A stretch of DNA of 64,000 bases, taken from positions 14,200,001 to 14,264,000 of the forward strand of contig OZ076409.1 of NCBI GenBank assembly GCA_964187785.1. The letters are read 5' to 3'. The translations under genes were made by a program, and so were the position numbers. Shown piece by piece: positions 26,006-37,440 of the stretch. This stretch comes from Amphiscolops sp. MND2022 (taxonomy: Eukaryota). The number at the start of each line of letters is the position of its first letter. Positions within the stretch are counted from its first letter, which is position 1. The notes under the pieces are model-generated. The model was not told the DNA's origin, did not search any database, and saw nothing but the letters and a program-made list of their open reading frames with translations.

Positions 26006-29000
26006 TTAGTCTTTAGACGAACCAGGCTCACTGGCTCCAGCAGTGGATGATGAGGAGGCGCGAGAAGCGCGACGTTCCATTTTCCTTCGCTTAGTGCTAG
26101 TAGGGGCTTTCACAGCAGACATATCAGCTACGGAACATTGATCTTCTGGCGCACTCCGGACCAGAGATTTTTGAGGGGTGGAAAGAGCTGTCCGGTAGGA
26201 AGCCAACAACGGCTTATAAATCTTCGAACGCCCGAAATTGTCCACGTACGTCCAGGGATCATAATCGGGAGCAAATGCAGAACGCCCGAAAGAAGAAGAG
26301 AAGTCGATGAATTTGGCCAGATTCCCGTCATCACTACAGAAAGCAACTGCGTCACGCACGTTAGCTACATAACTTTGGCTGGGAAAAATGACGTCTGTCA
26401 ATCTGCTATGACGTCCAGCAGTGGAAATTGCGAAAGTGATATCAGGATACGTGGGACTAACAGACGTAGCACACAAGCAACACAACTTGAATAAATAGAA
26501 TAAGCAGCTACGATTACGAAGAAATTCCAGCTCGGACAGGAATACAATTAGATCAGCAGAGACACTAGATATGTCGAAACTTGGGTCATAGGCTGTATGC
26601 AGGTGGTCAAGTAGCTGCATATACTGATCCCGACACAAGGACTCGTTGGCATTAGATACCCAAGAGCGAAGGGAGAAAGTACTGTACAGGATGTCGAAGT
26701 GCCGCAGAGCTACATCCATAGGCCGCTTAAACAAAATAAAAGGGTCGAAGGCGGCCATTCCCTTCACGATGTTGGTAGTTAGCCCAGTCTGCCGAAGAAC
26801 CTCAATGACCAGATACTGGATATATTGCTGACTATCCTTAACGAAATCGGACTTTACAGTCTCTGTAGTTGCCAGGATCGCTGGGCGCTCAGGTTTTTTG
26901 CCAAAATGCATCCCTTCTGCTTTTGCTTTGCTGGCTGCTGACACCTTGTGAAAGAGTCTCAGACGAACCAAATACTCTTCCCCATCCAGGAAGGTAGCCT
27001 CACTGGTCTGGAATCGTAACAACAGGAACCAGGCATTCGCAAGAGGGACCGTGTCGGGTGTGTAGGCAAGAGAACAAAGTAGGCTTAGGAATTGGCAGAC
27101 TTCCCCACATAAATAGAAAGAGGAATCACGTCTCTGCTGAAAGTTCACCGGGAAGCTAGCCACGTCTGGAAACACAAATCAAAGCCTAAAGTAGAGTAGA
27201 TCCCTAAACAATTACCCTAAAGGCAGACTACTTACAGTCGCTCACGAGCCTGTTGAAGAACTCCAACTTGACCACGAAAAATTCGTCACAGATCAGGGAC
27301 CACTCGAAGCTCTGTACCTAAAACAAGATACATACGTCAGCTTTCGCCAAACGCCCGGTAAACATGGGGAAGCCAAGAACCTCTCTGTGGGACTATTTGG
27401 TTATACCATTAAAGGAATGAAATCAAACCTAACCCTGCTGCGGACTCCTTGACCTCCTTGTATAGGGGCATGCTCAATCAAATAGCGGAGTATGGATTTC
27501 CACTCCTTGGCCAATTCCGTACAGAGGACCGGGGGCGTCTGGATGTCAAGCTTGCAATTGGTCACCGCCTGTTAAAACCAATCTTGCTGTTGGGAATTGT
27601 TCCCTACCGTACCTAAGTTAACCGACCCCCGACCTCCAAAGGAAAGACGAAGTGAAGTACTTACTTTAGTGAGCTCTGGACTCCGGATTGCCCATTCTTC
27701 AGTAAGAGAACCACCTAGGGACACCATCAGGGCCTGGAGCACGGAGAAGAAGTCTATTTGACCAAAGACAGAATATTTGGACTTGTGCATCAAGGTGGGT
27801 AATGATAACTGCTCAAAGCGGAAACAACTTTGAACCCCTTGCGGGAAGTAATCTGACTGATCGATCGTCTTGGCAAAGTCAACGTGACATCCGGAGCATG
27901 CCACTACGTCTGGTTGGGTTGAAACCGCCGACAAGAATTGAGCCAGGGAGCCTAGTTCACCTGTTATGTCAGTTGCGGGAAGAGAACTTCGGCAAATGAA
28001 GACCCGGCAAAGCTCCTGACCCTTCCAGAATTTGACTGTCATATAGCGGTAAACTCCAGCAGCCTCGAATTCAATGGCGAAGCATTGTTCGGCGGCGACG
28101 TGCTCAGCGACGTCGCTCAGGGCACTCATGAAGAACTGCTGGAAGATTGCCTGTAAGAGAAAGAAAACTCCTAGGAAGGAAATACACGGCTTGGTGGACA
28201 GGTCACCGATAATATACTTACACTTATACGTTCTTCGCCCCAGTCAAAATCACAAACAGTAGCTTGGTGGTTGGTGAAAGCTCCCATTCTAGCCCACAGG
28301 TTCCTCAGGACAGACAATTCACCCAGAGTCTTTATGAAATCCCCCACCAGGCAAAGTTGGGTCTTGACCCTTGCTTCCTGTGTGACCAAGGCTGTAGTAG
28401 TCCCTCGAATGAAATCCTCGTAAAAGGGGAATCTCTTCCCGATGTCCACTAATTCAGCATTGATGAATTTGGGTAGTTGATTGGCCAGTTCGATTTTCGT
28501 CAAGATTTTGCCGTTGGCACCTCTGACTCGATGTTGCACTTTGCCACTAACGGGGTCGACACTACGCAAGTGTTCGTAACGCCACCTTTGGTCACGTCTC
28601 AAATGGCGGTCTGTTCGATGATGTCTCAAGATTTCGTAGGGCCCCTTTGATTTTATAGAAAAGTTCTTCCTGCAAATATGGCACCAGACCATATGTGGAT
28701 TATGCAGAGGATCAGCCGGTCCGGAAATGAACGATCTCGTCCACCCTATTTTGGAGAAGAATTCTTCCCTCATGGGCACTCCTCTCCTGGAAAGTTTTTT
28801 GTTGCCCTTTTTTTTCTTCAACTTGGAATGTCCCTCTCCTAGGTCCCTCTGAGCCTGCTCACACATCTCATGTAAGGTAGTATCCTGACGGCTGGGTCCT
28901 TCTACTTCAAGTCCTGTTTGCTGCTGGTTACCTGGCGTGTCCGTTTGAACCTCTCTGACTAGAGGTTGCGCAGGGGTCTGCTTGAAGGACTTTGTTATCA

Positions 29001-30334
29001 AGGAAGCGTCACCAGTGCCGTCACTGCTCGACCCAAGCTGATCTGAGGCTGTTCCTTGTGGGTCACTCCCCGTTTCAGAATCACTTTGGCACCCAGGTCC
29101 GGGGGTGTGTGCTCTCCTCTTTAGTTGGAAGTGGGAGGTACGTGAAGGGAGAGCGGTCGGGGTACCTCGGACGGCATCAAGTACCATTCTTTCCATAATA
29201 CTGAAGGATTTGCGGAGGGTCTCATCCGTGAGGGTACGCAGGAGGTGATGAACCTGGGGCTCTGTGAAGGCTACGGTAGTATGCCCAACGGGAAGTCTAA
29301 TAGGGGAAGCCTCCTCGAAGTACTCTTTCAGGATGGCTCTACTGCGACCTGAGAGATCTGGGAGTTTGTCTTGGTTTGAACTCCCGCCAGCTGTCCTTGT
29401 TTTCCCTGTCTCCAAAGGCTGCCCTTCGGAACTGGTATCCCCCTCACATTCAGTTCCGGACTCAGGACCGAAAGGGGGACGTCCGTACAACTCTACCGGG
29501 ACCAGTCGACTTGACTCTCCAGTAGACTCTTCTTCTTCACCCAACCCCTCAGCGAACCGTACTTTGGGGTCTTCTCCCGGGGGAGCGGGTACATCACAAA
29601 TTGACGAGACATTATCTTCGTCAGTCCTGGATTGGACACCACTTGCGTCCACTTGGTCTGAATTAGTCTCGTTTCTCAATTCAGGCAATTGGGACTCAGA
29701 GGCCTCGATGACTCTCAGGGCAGACTCCAAAGCTGACAAGTGAGCTTCTTGGACCTCCTCCTCATCAGACTGGATGGGTGTACTCGACCTTCGGTTCTCG
29801 GCAGTCGTTAATACCAATCCTGGAGGGTCATTGACCTGTTCTTGGCTCTGCAGCGGGACAGACGTAGGATGGTTCTCTTCGTGTGTAGCGATAAGTTGTG
29901 TCTGCTGCATTCGTTGGAGCATGGACTCAGCATATGATGTTACATCGGGGTCACTGTCGGCGCTGTGAGTAGAGGTGATGTCATCTGCTCGGCTTCGAGA
30001 CAACTCTTGGGGCACACTTGGATTCTGGATTTGTGGTCCAGTTTCGGTTGGTGGACTAGCTGCTGAAGTAGTGGCAGCAGGTTTGGCTGGTGCATTGACA
30101 ACTTCAGTTGTTTGATTCTCTAAACAAAAAGAGATAAAGTTTCGCGGTATGCTTCCTCGAAAAGAATCCATTCTACCGCATAGAAACCTTCCGGAAGTAC
30201 TTGAGAATTTGAACAAAATGTGCTGTCACGCGCTTATTAGTGGAAACAGGAAGCTTTTTGTGAACAAATTTAGCCCTGATCAAGCTAAACTATTTCAATA
30301 TATGAAAACCAGAACAACCTGTGTTTGAAGACAT
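26006..30334 (-). CDS. Spliced antisense gene: disordered N-terminus, BED-like zinc finger, degenerate hAT-transposase-like body
   Basis: ORFs 28171-30216, 27572-28129 and 26006-27175. GT-AG intron 28151-28221 joins two of them in phase 0; further introns likely near 27187-27235 and 30120-30318. Finger WCHICRKNFSIKSKGPYEILRHHRTDRH. Confidence 0.65.
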
Positions 30335-31227
30335 GTCTCTCCAGTGTTGTTGCTCCAAAGAGAGTTGTTTTGAGCTGACTGATGGGAGATGTGGATGATG
30401 GCCGCTCACGGTCGAAAATGAAGGAGGATAAGGATACTCTGGAGGGAAACGGCAATGAGGGTATTATGAACGTGAATAAACAGATGTCAGCCGGGAGAGT
30501 GTGAATGAACAAGACAAAGGCGAGATAATCAGAATTGGAATTGGATTGGAATACAAATGTAATGAATTAGAAATTGGAGTTCGTGGCTGAAGAAATTACC
30601 AGACTAATATTATCTGAATATTTACATATTCAAAATTGTACATGGAGTCTACCAGCGAAGTGTACAAAGAACTTTGTTTTTTACAGCTTATTTAGATAGA
30701 GGCCGGTTATGGCCGTTTGCCCTGTTTTGTTTTGCCGTTTCGTTCAGTTGCCTTAGTTACCCTTTAGCTAGAATTTTCGCCATCTGGGAATATTTGGATT
30801 TAATATTTTCGCCATTTTTATTATTAAATTTTACAATTTATCAAAGCTTAATTCTGATTGGCTGAAGCCATTTTGGAAGTATTTCGAGTCGCGTGCCGTT
30901 AATTGTTCTCAGGCAAGCCGTTAATTACCTACTTGAGAAAGAAGTAATTGATATCAACAACTCGAGTGCGTCTCACACCCTCTTTGATGACAACTTAGTT
31001 GGGGGGTAAACATCAATTAACAGTGGCTGCCAACCAGTTTAAGAATTCCATTCAGAAAAGTTTACGACGGATCGGAACGATTAACCTAAGGTTCTCCCGC
31101 CGAACTGGAAAGTTCGGGAAAATGCCTGATTCGGCTAAATTCTTAAAACTGACAAATTCATTCTATTACAAACTTCTCTTCAATCCAGTTACTCCGAACA
31201 GTTTCAAAAATAGCAAAAAAGATTATC

Positions 31228-32012
31228 ATGAGCAGATACAACTTAGCTAGAAAATTGTTCGATCTGGAGGAATACGACTCAGATGATTCCGAAAGATCAG
31301 TAATATACATTTCCAGCAGTGAGGAAGAGTCATCAGATTGGGAAACCGACTGTTCTACAGATACAGAGCAGCTTGTTGCAAGAATCGAAAAGGAAGTCAC
31401 CTCCAGCCCCATGCTAATTGGGGGCCGCATAATGACTATGGAGGAATCTTCAGAAGACGAACCAGAAGCTGGCCCCAGTTCTTCCCAGATACAAACAGAC
31501 GTACTCCGAAAATTGACAACAGGTACTTTGACCAGGAGATGTGTTATGCTCCCCCAAAGAAGTTGGGAAAGTCAAGAATAGAGATTTGCAAGACTCTATT
31601 ACCAGTGCCAGAGTCACCTATGTCACCGCCTGACCATGAGAGAGGGACAAGTTTGGACACCCCCCTGATGCAGCCTACCGTGGGTGGTTTTCACGCGTCG
31701 TTCCATGTGCAGAACACAAGGCCGTACGAGAACGTGAGCAAAAAACTGTATTCTGGCTGTATGGTGTGTGGCAGATCCTCAGAAGCAATAAAGAAAGAGA
31801 AGGTAGAATGGTATGTTGCGAGGTCCAAGCTGTGAGGAGAGCCTGAGTATATCACGAAAATCAGAAGGGAAGCATATGAGAACGGTCTCAACGTCGGAGC
31901 TTTCCTCTTCATAACACCCGCAGTGTCGCAGGCTGCCGCCTGTGACGGCACATTAATAACGACGTCAGCGGAAAATCAAGAAATCGTCCCAGGTACCCTA
32001 CCCACGTTTTAA
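31228..32012 (+). pseudogene. Acidic accessory protein with a SIM-like motif and CxxC (one frameshift, one stop)
   Basis: ORF 31228-31581 shifts into 31338-31835, which reads on past a TGA to TAA at 32012. Motifs VIYISSSEEESSD and GCMVCG. Confidence 0.55.
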
Positions 32013-33109
32013 ACTTTCCCTTGCTGAAACTTATATATATTTGTTAATCACATTCGTTTTTGTTTAATCAAGTGCATTTTTATATAATTGTTCGTGATAT
32101 TAGTCTGTTAAAATTACGATTTGGAGCTATCCAAATCAGGTTGTAATTTGTGATTTGTAAAGGAAGTTTTGCTGTATTACAAATAGGGTATGAAATTTGA
32201 TCAAAGCGGTAACGTACAATAAGCAGGTTAATCGCGAGAAGGAAACGTGTTCAAGTGAGAAAACGTCCCTTCTCGGCGATGTAACTTTCAGTACGATTAA
32301 TAGCCAATAAGAGCTTTCCTTTTGCTAATTATGAGTGCTTTATTTATGATGGCCGGATAAGGCCTAATGACTAAGCGGTGCTAATTTATATCAGTCCCTC
32401 AGTCAAATGGACGGTTTCGGCCAATTCAAGCATAATAATACCTTTGTTGCCTAATTGAATCAATATTTACGCGGAGCTATTAGAATCATGATTTTAGTCT
32501 AAATAAATACGTTTGTGGTGTTTGATGTTTGTATATTTTCAACTTGAATAAAGGGACGGTTGAGGCCTTTTTACCATGTCCTTCATATGCGCAGTACATG
32601 TTATGGATTTGGGCCTATTCCGGCTCTGATATGTGAGTGTATTTTCGTGAATATCGATGCAGTATTAGAATTCCACACATAGTAGTACATTCCATTTTCA
32701 GCTGAATTTGCAGTAAACTTGTGCCGGCACGTGCCTTCATTTCACATCACTATAAAATATGCAAGTTGTGGTATTTGTTTACATCACACTTGAAGTAGGT
32801 CTAACCGATAGATTGTTTGAAGTTGCTACTTAAAATGATGATTCTGAATACCATTCCTTGAATGTCCCTCAGAAATATGTAATTGTCGGGGATTTCCCTA
32901 TGATGATTGTAATATCCTATGATTTGTCTTGGTCAAAGTATGTAAAAAATGTGTGTGTCATCCTTTCAGAGGTATAAATACCCATACCCCAGCAGGAAGG
33001 CTCATACTTTGTACTTCTCTCCATTTGACAAAGACGTTCATAATACAAACGGTTTCACTGTTAATTTTCCGGAATTGATAATTCAAGTATTCAACCTGGT
33101 TCAGTCTTA

Positions 33110-33677
33110 ATGCCTACTACAAGGAAACAAAAGAAAGCAAGGAAATCTAGAGGATTAGAAATTCTCTCTGACATTGAAAACCTTGACATAATGTTAGGTG
33201 AAAATCACTTTAATGATGCGAGAAGAGACGGAAGTCTCGATGGAACTTCCATTAGAAGGCAAGAAAGTATTACAAGTAAGAACTTGGAAAATGAAGAAAT
33301 GGATCTCCATTCCGATCATAGAAATCTTGGAGTTGGGATCAGTGCCGGTTACGACCAAAATTCAGCAAGTATAGATTCTCAAGCTGAGATCAATAAGTTA
33401 TCGAGTGAATTGAACTCTAGAATTTCTAGAGAGATGGATGAGATGAAGAACAGTGTTAGTTCACAGATCCAGAGAGCCATAAGTGACGCCATCAATAACC
33501 AGGTTTTGCCCCACATTCGAAACGTTATTATGGCCGGTTCAGGACAGGAGACTAGAAGGGGATGGGAGAGATCTGATGGGAGACCGGAAAGTTATTCCGA
33601 AGTTCAGTACAACGCGAAAGCTAAAACTACTCTTAATAGTGAACATGGTGACAAGACACACCGTAATGTTCATGACA
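33110..33677 (+). pseudogene. gag: Probable gag N-terminus of element 3, cut by duplication copy 2
   Basis: MPTTRKQKKARKSR start and coiled-coil-like segment; TATA-like tataaata at ~32973 upstream; ORF breaks at 33678. Confidence 0.55.
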
Positions 33678-35087
33678 GGCTGCAAATCACTAAGTTGAAA
33701 ACGCGTGGCAGATTTTGTCGAAAATGATACTTAGAGGTAATCAGACGCCATTTTCACATACCCCTAGTGCCCTAAAGGCAGGAGTGAAGCGGAGCGCTCT
33801 GCTATATGGCCATGCCTCAAGGTTGCTTCTTGGCGAAGGGAGCGAAGCAACCGAGCCATACAACCAATATGCTATTTATTTCGTTCAAAATTCGTTTCAG
33901 TTTTGGCATTCAAAAGGTTGTTTTAGCCATTAATTGAGTTAGAAAATTCTTTTAGCCAAATGACTCGAGCCAAAAATTTAGCCAGATGACTCGAGAAAAA
34001 AATGAAGCCAAAAGACTTTGAGTCAAGTGACTTATAACCAAGCCATTTTGTGAACGAAAAATGTTCGAGTGATTCGACAAAATAGTCGCTAGTGTGTCAC
34101 TCGCACATAAAGCCGAAACCAAAACGAGGTAGGAACTGCCAACAGGTAGGAACTGCAAATTCGTGATACGGACGATGCGGCTCGACCACCCAATCCAGCC
34201 GGCAGAGCCAGCTGAATACTCGAAATATCGTCAACATTTACGTGCTTACTTTGGAAAGCCCTTCCCACGTTTTGTCATTGTTCTCAAAAGCGTTTTATGA
34301 TTAGAACACATGCTGGTTTGTAGAAAGTTGTTAGTTCGATTAACTGTCGGGGTAACGCACTTTTTTGTCTGATGCTCTTAGTATGCTAAATGCAGAAGCG
34401 AGGTGCCTTTTCTAGTAGATCTTCGTGGTGCGATGAGAAGAATTCCTTTTTTCACGCAATCAGTGGTTACTGGAGAGTCACTTTTCTCAATCTAATCTGT
34501 CGATGTCTGTTTTCTCAGGAGTCGAAAAACCGAGTCAAACAAAACTGCTTTTTGGTAGTTCAAAATATAAGGATACCTATGATGAGCAGCTATACAACGT
34601 ACTTATGCTAGTCTGTGCAATATACCAATACGCAAGGTAAATTTAAATACGCAAGAAAAACGTAATGGAATTGTTGAACACGCCAACGTTTAAAATCGGC
34701 GCTATACCCAAGGCTCAAAAAGCGCAAAGTTTTTGATTTTGTAAGGCCCTTTCTGAAAATGCAGTTTGTCGCAAAATATCAAAACAATTGAAGGAGGGAC
34801 ATTGAAAACTTTCGAAAAAATGGCACAGAGGCGAACAAAATTATAAGGGGACCCTACAGTCTCATCCGGTTTTGTATCTTACGTTACCAATGGAATAAAC
34901 GAAGGGGGACACTTTGAACTAACTTAGGTGCGTTTCCGGTTGCCGGTTCAGTAATTGAGTAGTACTGTGAAAAGTGTCGACTACGCATACAATTTGTTGT
35001 CAGACAAAACAAACTAGTCACTGTAACAGTCGAAATTTTTGCATCTAAAAGAAAAGGCGCCGACTAAAAACTGTATGCCCAATATTG
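33678..35087 (+). repeat. ~1.4-kb direct duplication, copy 2
   Basis: Matches 18548-19934; starts inside MITE E and lacks most of its left arm. Confidence 0.95.
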
Positions 35088-35099
35088 TTTTTTAATGTT

Positions 35100-36250
35100 T
35101 GAAAACTGCTTCAGCATGCCAAAGTTTTGTACTTCTTGAGAACCAGTAAATGCTTTAATTATCCAGCACTCTTGGAAAAGTATGACAGAACTATACGCGA
35201 TGGGCTTTCCAAATTGTAACGTGATCTTTGACGATAATTAGAGTTCTCAATGGCTCTGAAAATGGTGGTTTTGGGGTTTCATCCGCATCATTATAAGCAG
35301 TTTCCGCGTTGTTGACCTCAGCTTTTGGTGCGAGTGACTTTCTCATTACGATTTTCGCGAAAACCTCCGAAGATCTTTCGTTCTGAAAAGCGCTTGAGAA
35401 ATAGCTGAGTTTGACGATTGAACAAGAAAGTCCTCCTGATGGAACCCAGAAAAATTGGACCCATCATATCTACGTTAAAATCAACCAAGATTCAATTTCT
35501 AGAATGGATGACAAACGTTCGAAAGTTTTGAACAATCATCAAAGCGAATTCGGGTCTCAGTGGCTAAACGTTGTTCCTTGCGAGAACCTAGGCCTGAAAC
35601 TTGATGATCAGCAGCTTTCAGATCTCGATTGGTTTACGTCTCGGAGCCAACATCTGTGTTGCACACACGTGCCACTTGCTAGTAGAGTTGAACGGGACAG
35701 TGTACAGGGCCTTTCTTGCATCAAAAAAGCTTGTCTCATCTCACGTCATGTTACTCTAATTCTTTCATAAAGCAGACGTTGGGATCACTTGACTTGACGT
35801 CAATGCTCAAGTCGCGAATATTCAATGCTCGACTGTTGGCAAACGCCCAGAAGGTGATACCATGATTCTTTCGAAAATGAGTAAAATACTGGAGTGGGAT
35901 GTCACAGTTGTGGACGCTCTTGCACTCACTCGCCTGAATCAAGGCTCTTAATGCAACCCGGGAACCACCACCACCGAGGCTGAAGCGCGTAAAACTGAGA
36001 AGTATTGCGAATTGATGGACAATGGATACCTTTTTCAACCAGTGGCCATGAACGTACAGGGTTCTGTAGGCGACAGCACTGACATTTTGATTACTCTTCC
36101 CTGTAAAATGCTCTGCCGCTCTCACGACGATCATCGAGCTGGCGGCTTTTTGAAGCAACGAATCTCAATGACTCTTCGGATTGGCAAGGCGGACTGCGTT
36201 CTAGGAACTGTGAGCGACAGAGATGCCTTTGAAGATTTTTATTACATGCA
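35100..36250 (+). mobile_element. 3' fragment of a CRE/HERO-like non-LTR retrotransposon (restriction-like endonuclease)
   Basis: GGFGVSSA, SQWLNVVP..LGLKLDD, GLSC..RH, GKRPEG, WDVT, YLFQPVAM..G and LKQRISMTLRIG..CVLGT. Heavily degenerate. Confidence 0.75.
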
Positions 36251-36869
36251 GTTATCATTTTTTTCAATCATGTTTATCATTGCAGCTTTTTTCGAACATG
36301 TTTCTACCTTAAAACTTTGTTTTTTTTTGGGAACGAGACGTTTCAGCGACAGACGTTTCGGCGACAGTCGTTCCGGCGCCAGACGTTTCGGAGACAGACG
36401 TTTCGGCGACAGACGTTTCGACGACAGATGTTTGCGCGACAAAGTGGCGGCGGACGTTCCGGCGACAACACTGTCGCCGAAACGTTTTTGTCGCCTAAAC
36501 GTCGTCTAAGAAGCTAAAATTATATACCTCTTCTTTGACCATTTTGCTAAATTAAAACGGGCCTCGGGCATGTCCCTATTTCTTCTGGTGTCCCGCTTAT
36601 GTTCCCCTATCGAGATTTATTCTCGTTGAGATTTGTTCATATGATATCTTTCATTTTTCATGTTATCATTTCTCAAATGTGTTCGTAAATTATTTTTCCG
36701 CTCTGAATATCGAATCATTGATTTTTGTGAAAACGTACATTAACGTCAACTTCTCTCAGTAGTTTTGCTATCTAGCTATATCACCCAGTTTAGAGCAACT
36801 GCACAAGCAGGAGAGATTTAACATTATTTGGTGACCCTCTCGACTTGATACCGGTTAAGTCGTTCCAAA

Positions 36870-37440
36870 TTGTTTCTATGGTACGAAAAATCTTTTATCT
36901 CAAAAAACAATTCGAAGAAATTGATCCTCTCCAACTCACCCCTGCAAAAGTTCAAGACTTTTTCTTTTGACGTTTTGTCTATGCCTGGAGCTCGTCCACA
37001 AGATCTTTGGGACTTTTTACCGCCTTTCAATAACTTTGAGAAGATTGTTTTGTTTGTTGGTGGTTATGCACTAAAAGATTTCCATTCGAAAAGTGGCACG
37101 TTTCAAGAATCAAAAGGACCGTTGAAAGTTGCAACGGAATACTTTGAGCTAGCTCGTAGCCTAATTGCGGGCACACCATCTGTTTTTAATGTTTGATTGC
37201 CACCTCGAGGTATCGAAGAACTATCAAAAAGCTCCTAGAACTGAACGCTGAATTGGACGCTTCTTGCTAATTACAGAAACAAGCTATCTTTTAGGTTGGA
37301 GTATCACAATATTTGTACGACTTGAAACATGTATCCGCAGACCTCTGTCATTTTGAAAACGAGGCCTTTGCAAAAGTGCATGAATTCTTGAACGAAAAAG
37401 CGTGGATACAGAAATTCAAGAAAGATATAATTCAGCAAAA
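36870..37440 (+). pseudogene. SGNH/GDSL hydrolase-like ORF between the BEL PBS and gag
   Basis: LILSNS (block I), SMPGAR (II), IVLFVGGYAL (III), LPPR, and ADLCHF (DxxH, block V) in order. Confidence 0.6.

Larger units (their letters stand above)
19940..33677 (+). mobile_element. Gypsy-type element 3, circularly permuted, with two accessory genes
   Basis: Order: gag C-half, pol, antisense gene, sense ORF, ~1.1 kb non-coding, probable gag N-terminus. Confidence 0.8.

Noticed and set aside
18548..35087. The 1.4-kb direct repeats as LTRs of element 3
   Set aside because: No TG..CA ends, PBS or PPT; they are built from unrelated MITE pieces and cut gag at both junctions.
36242..36517. RRFGD / RQTFR / KRLSP repeat ORFs
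   Set aside because: They derive from the 15-bp subterminal repeats of MITE A.
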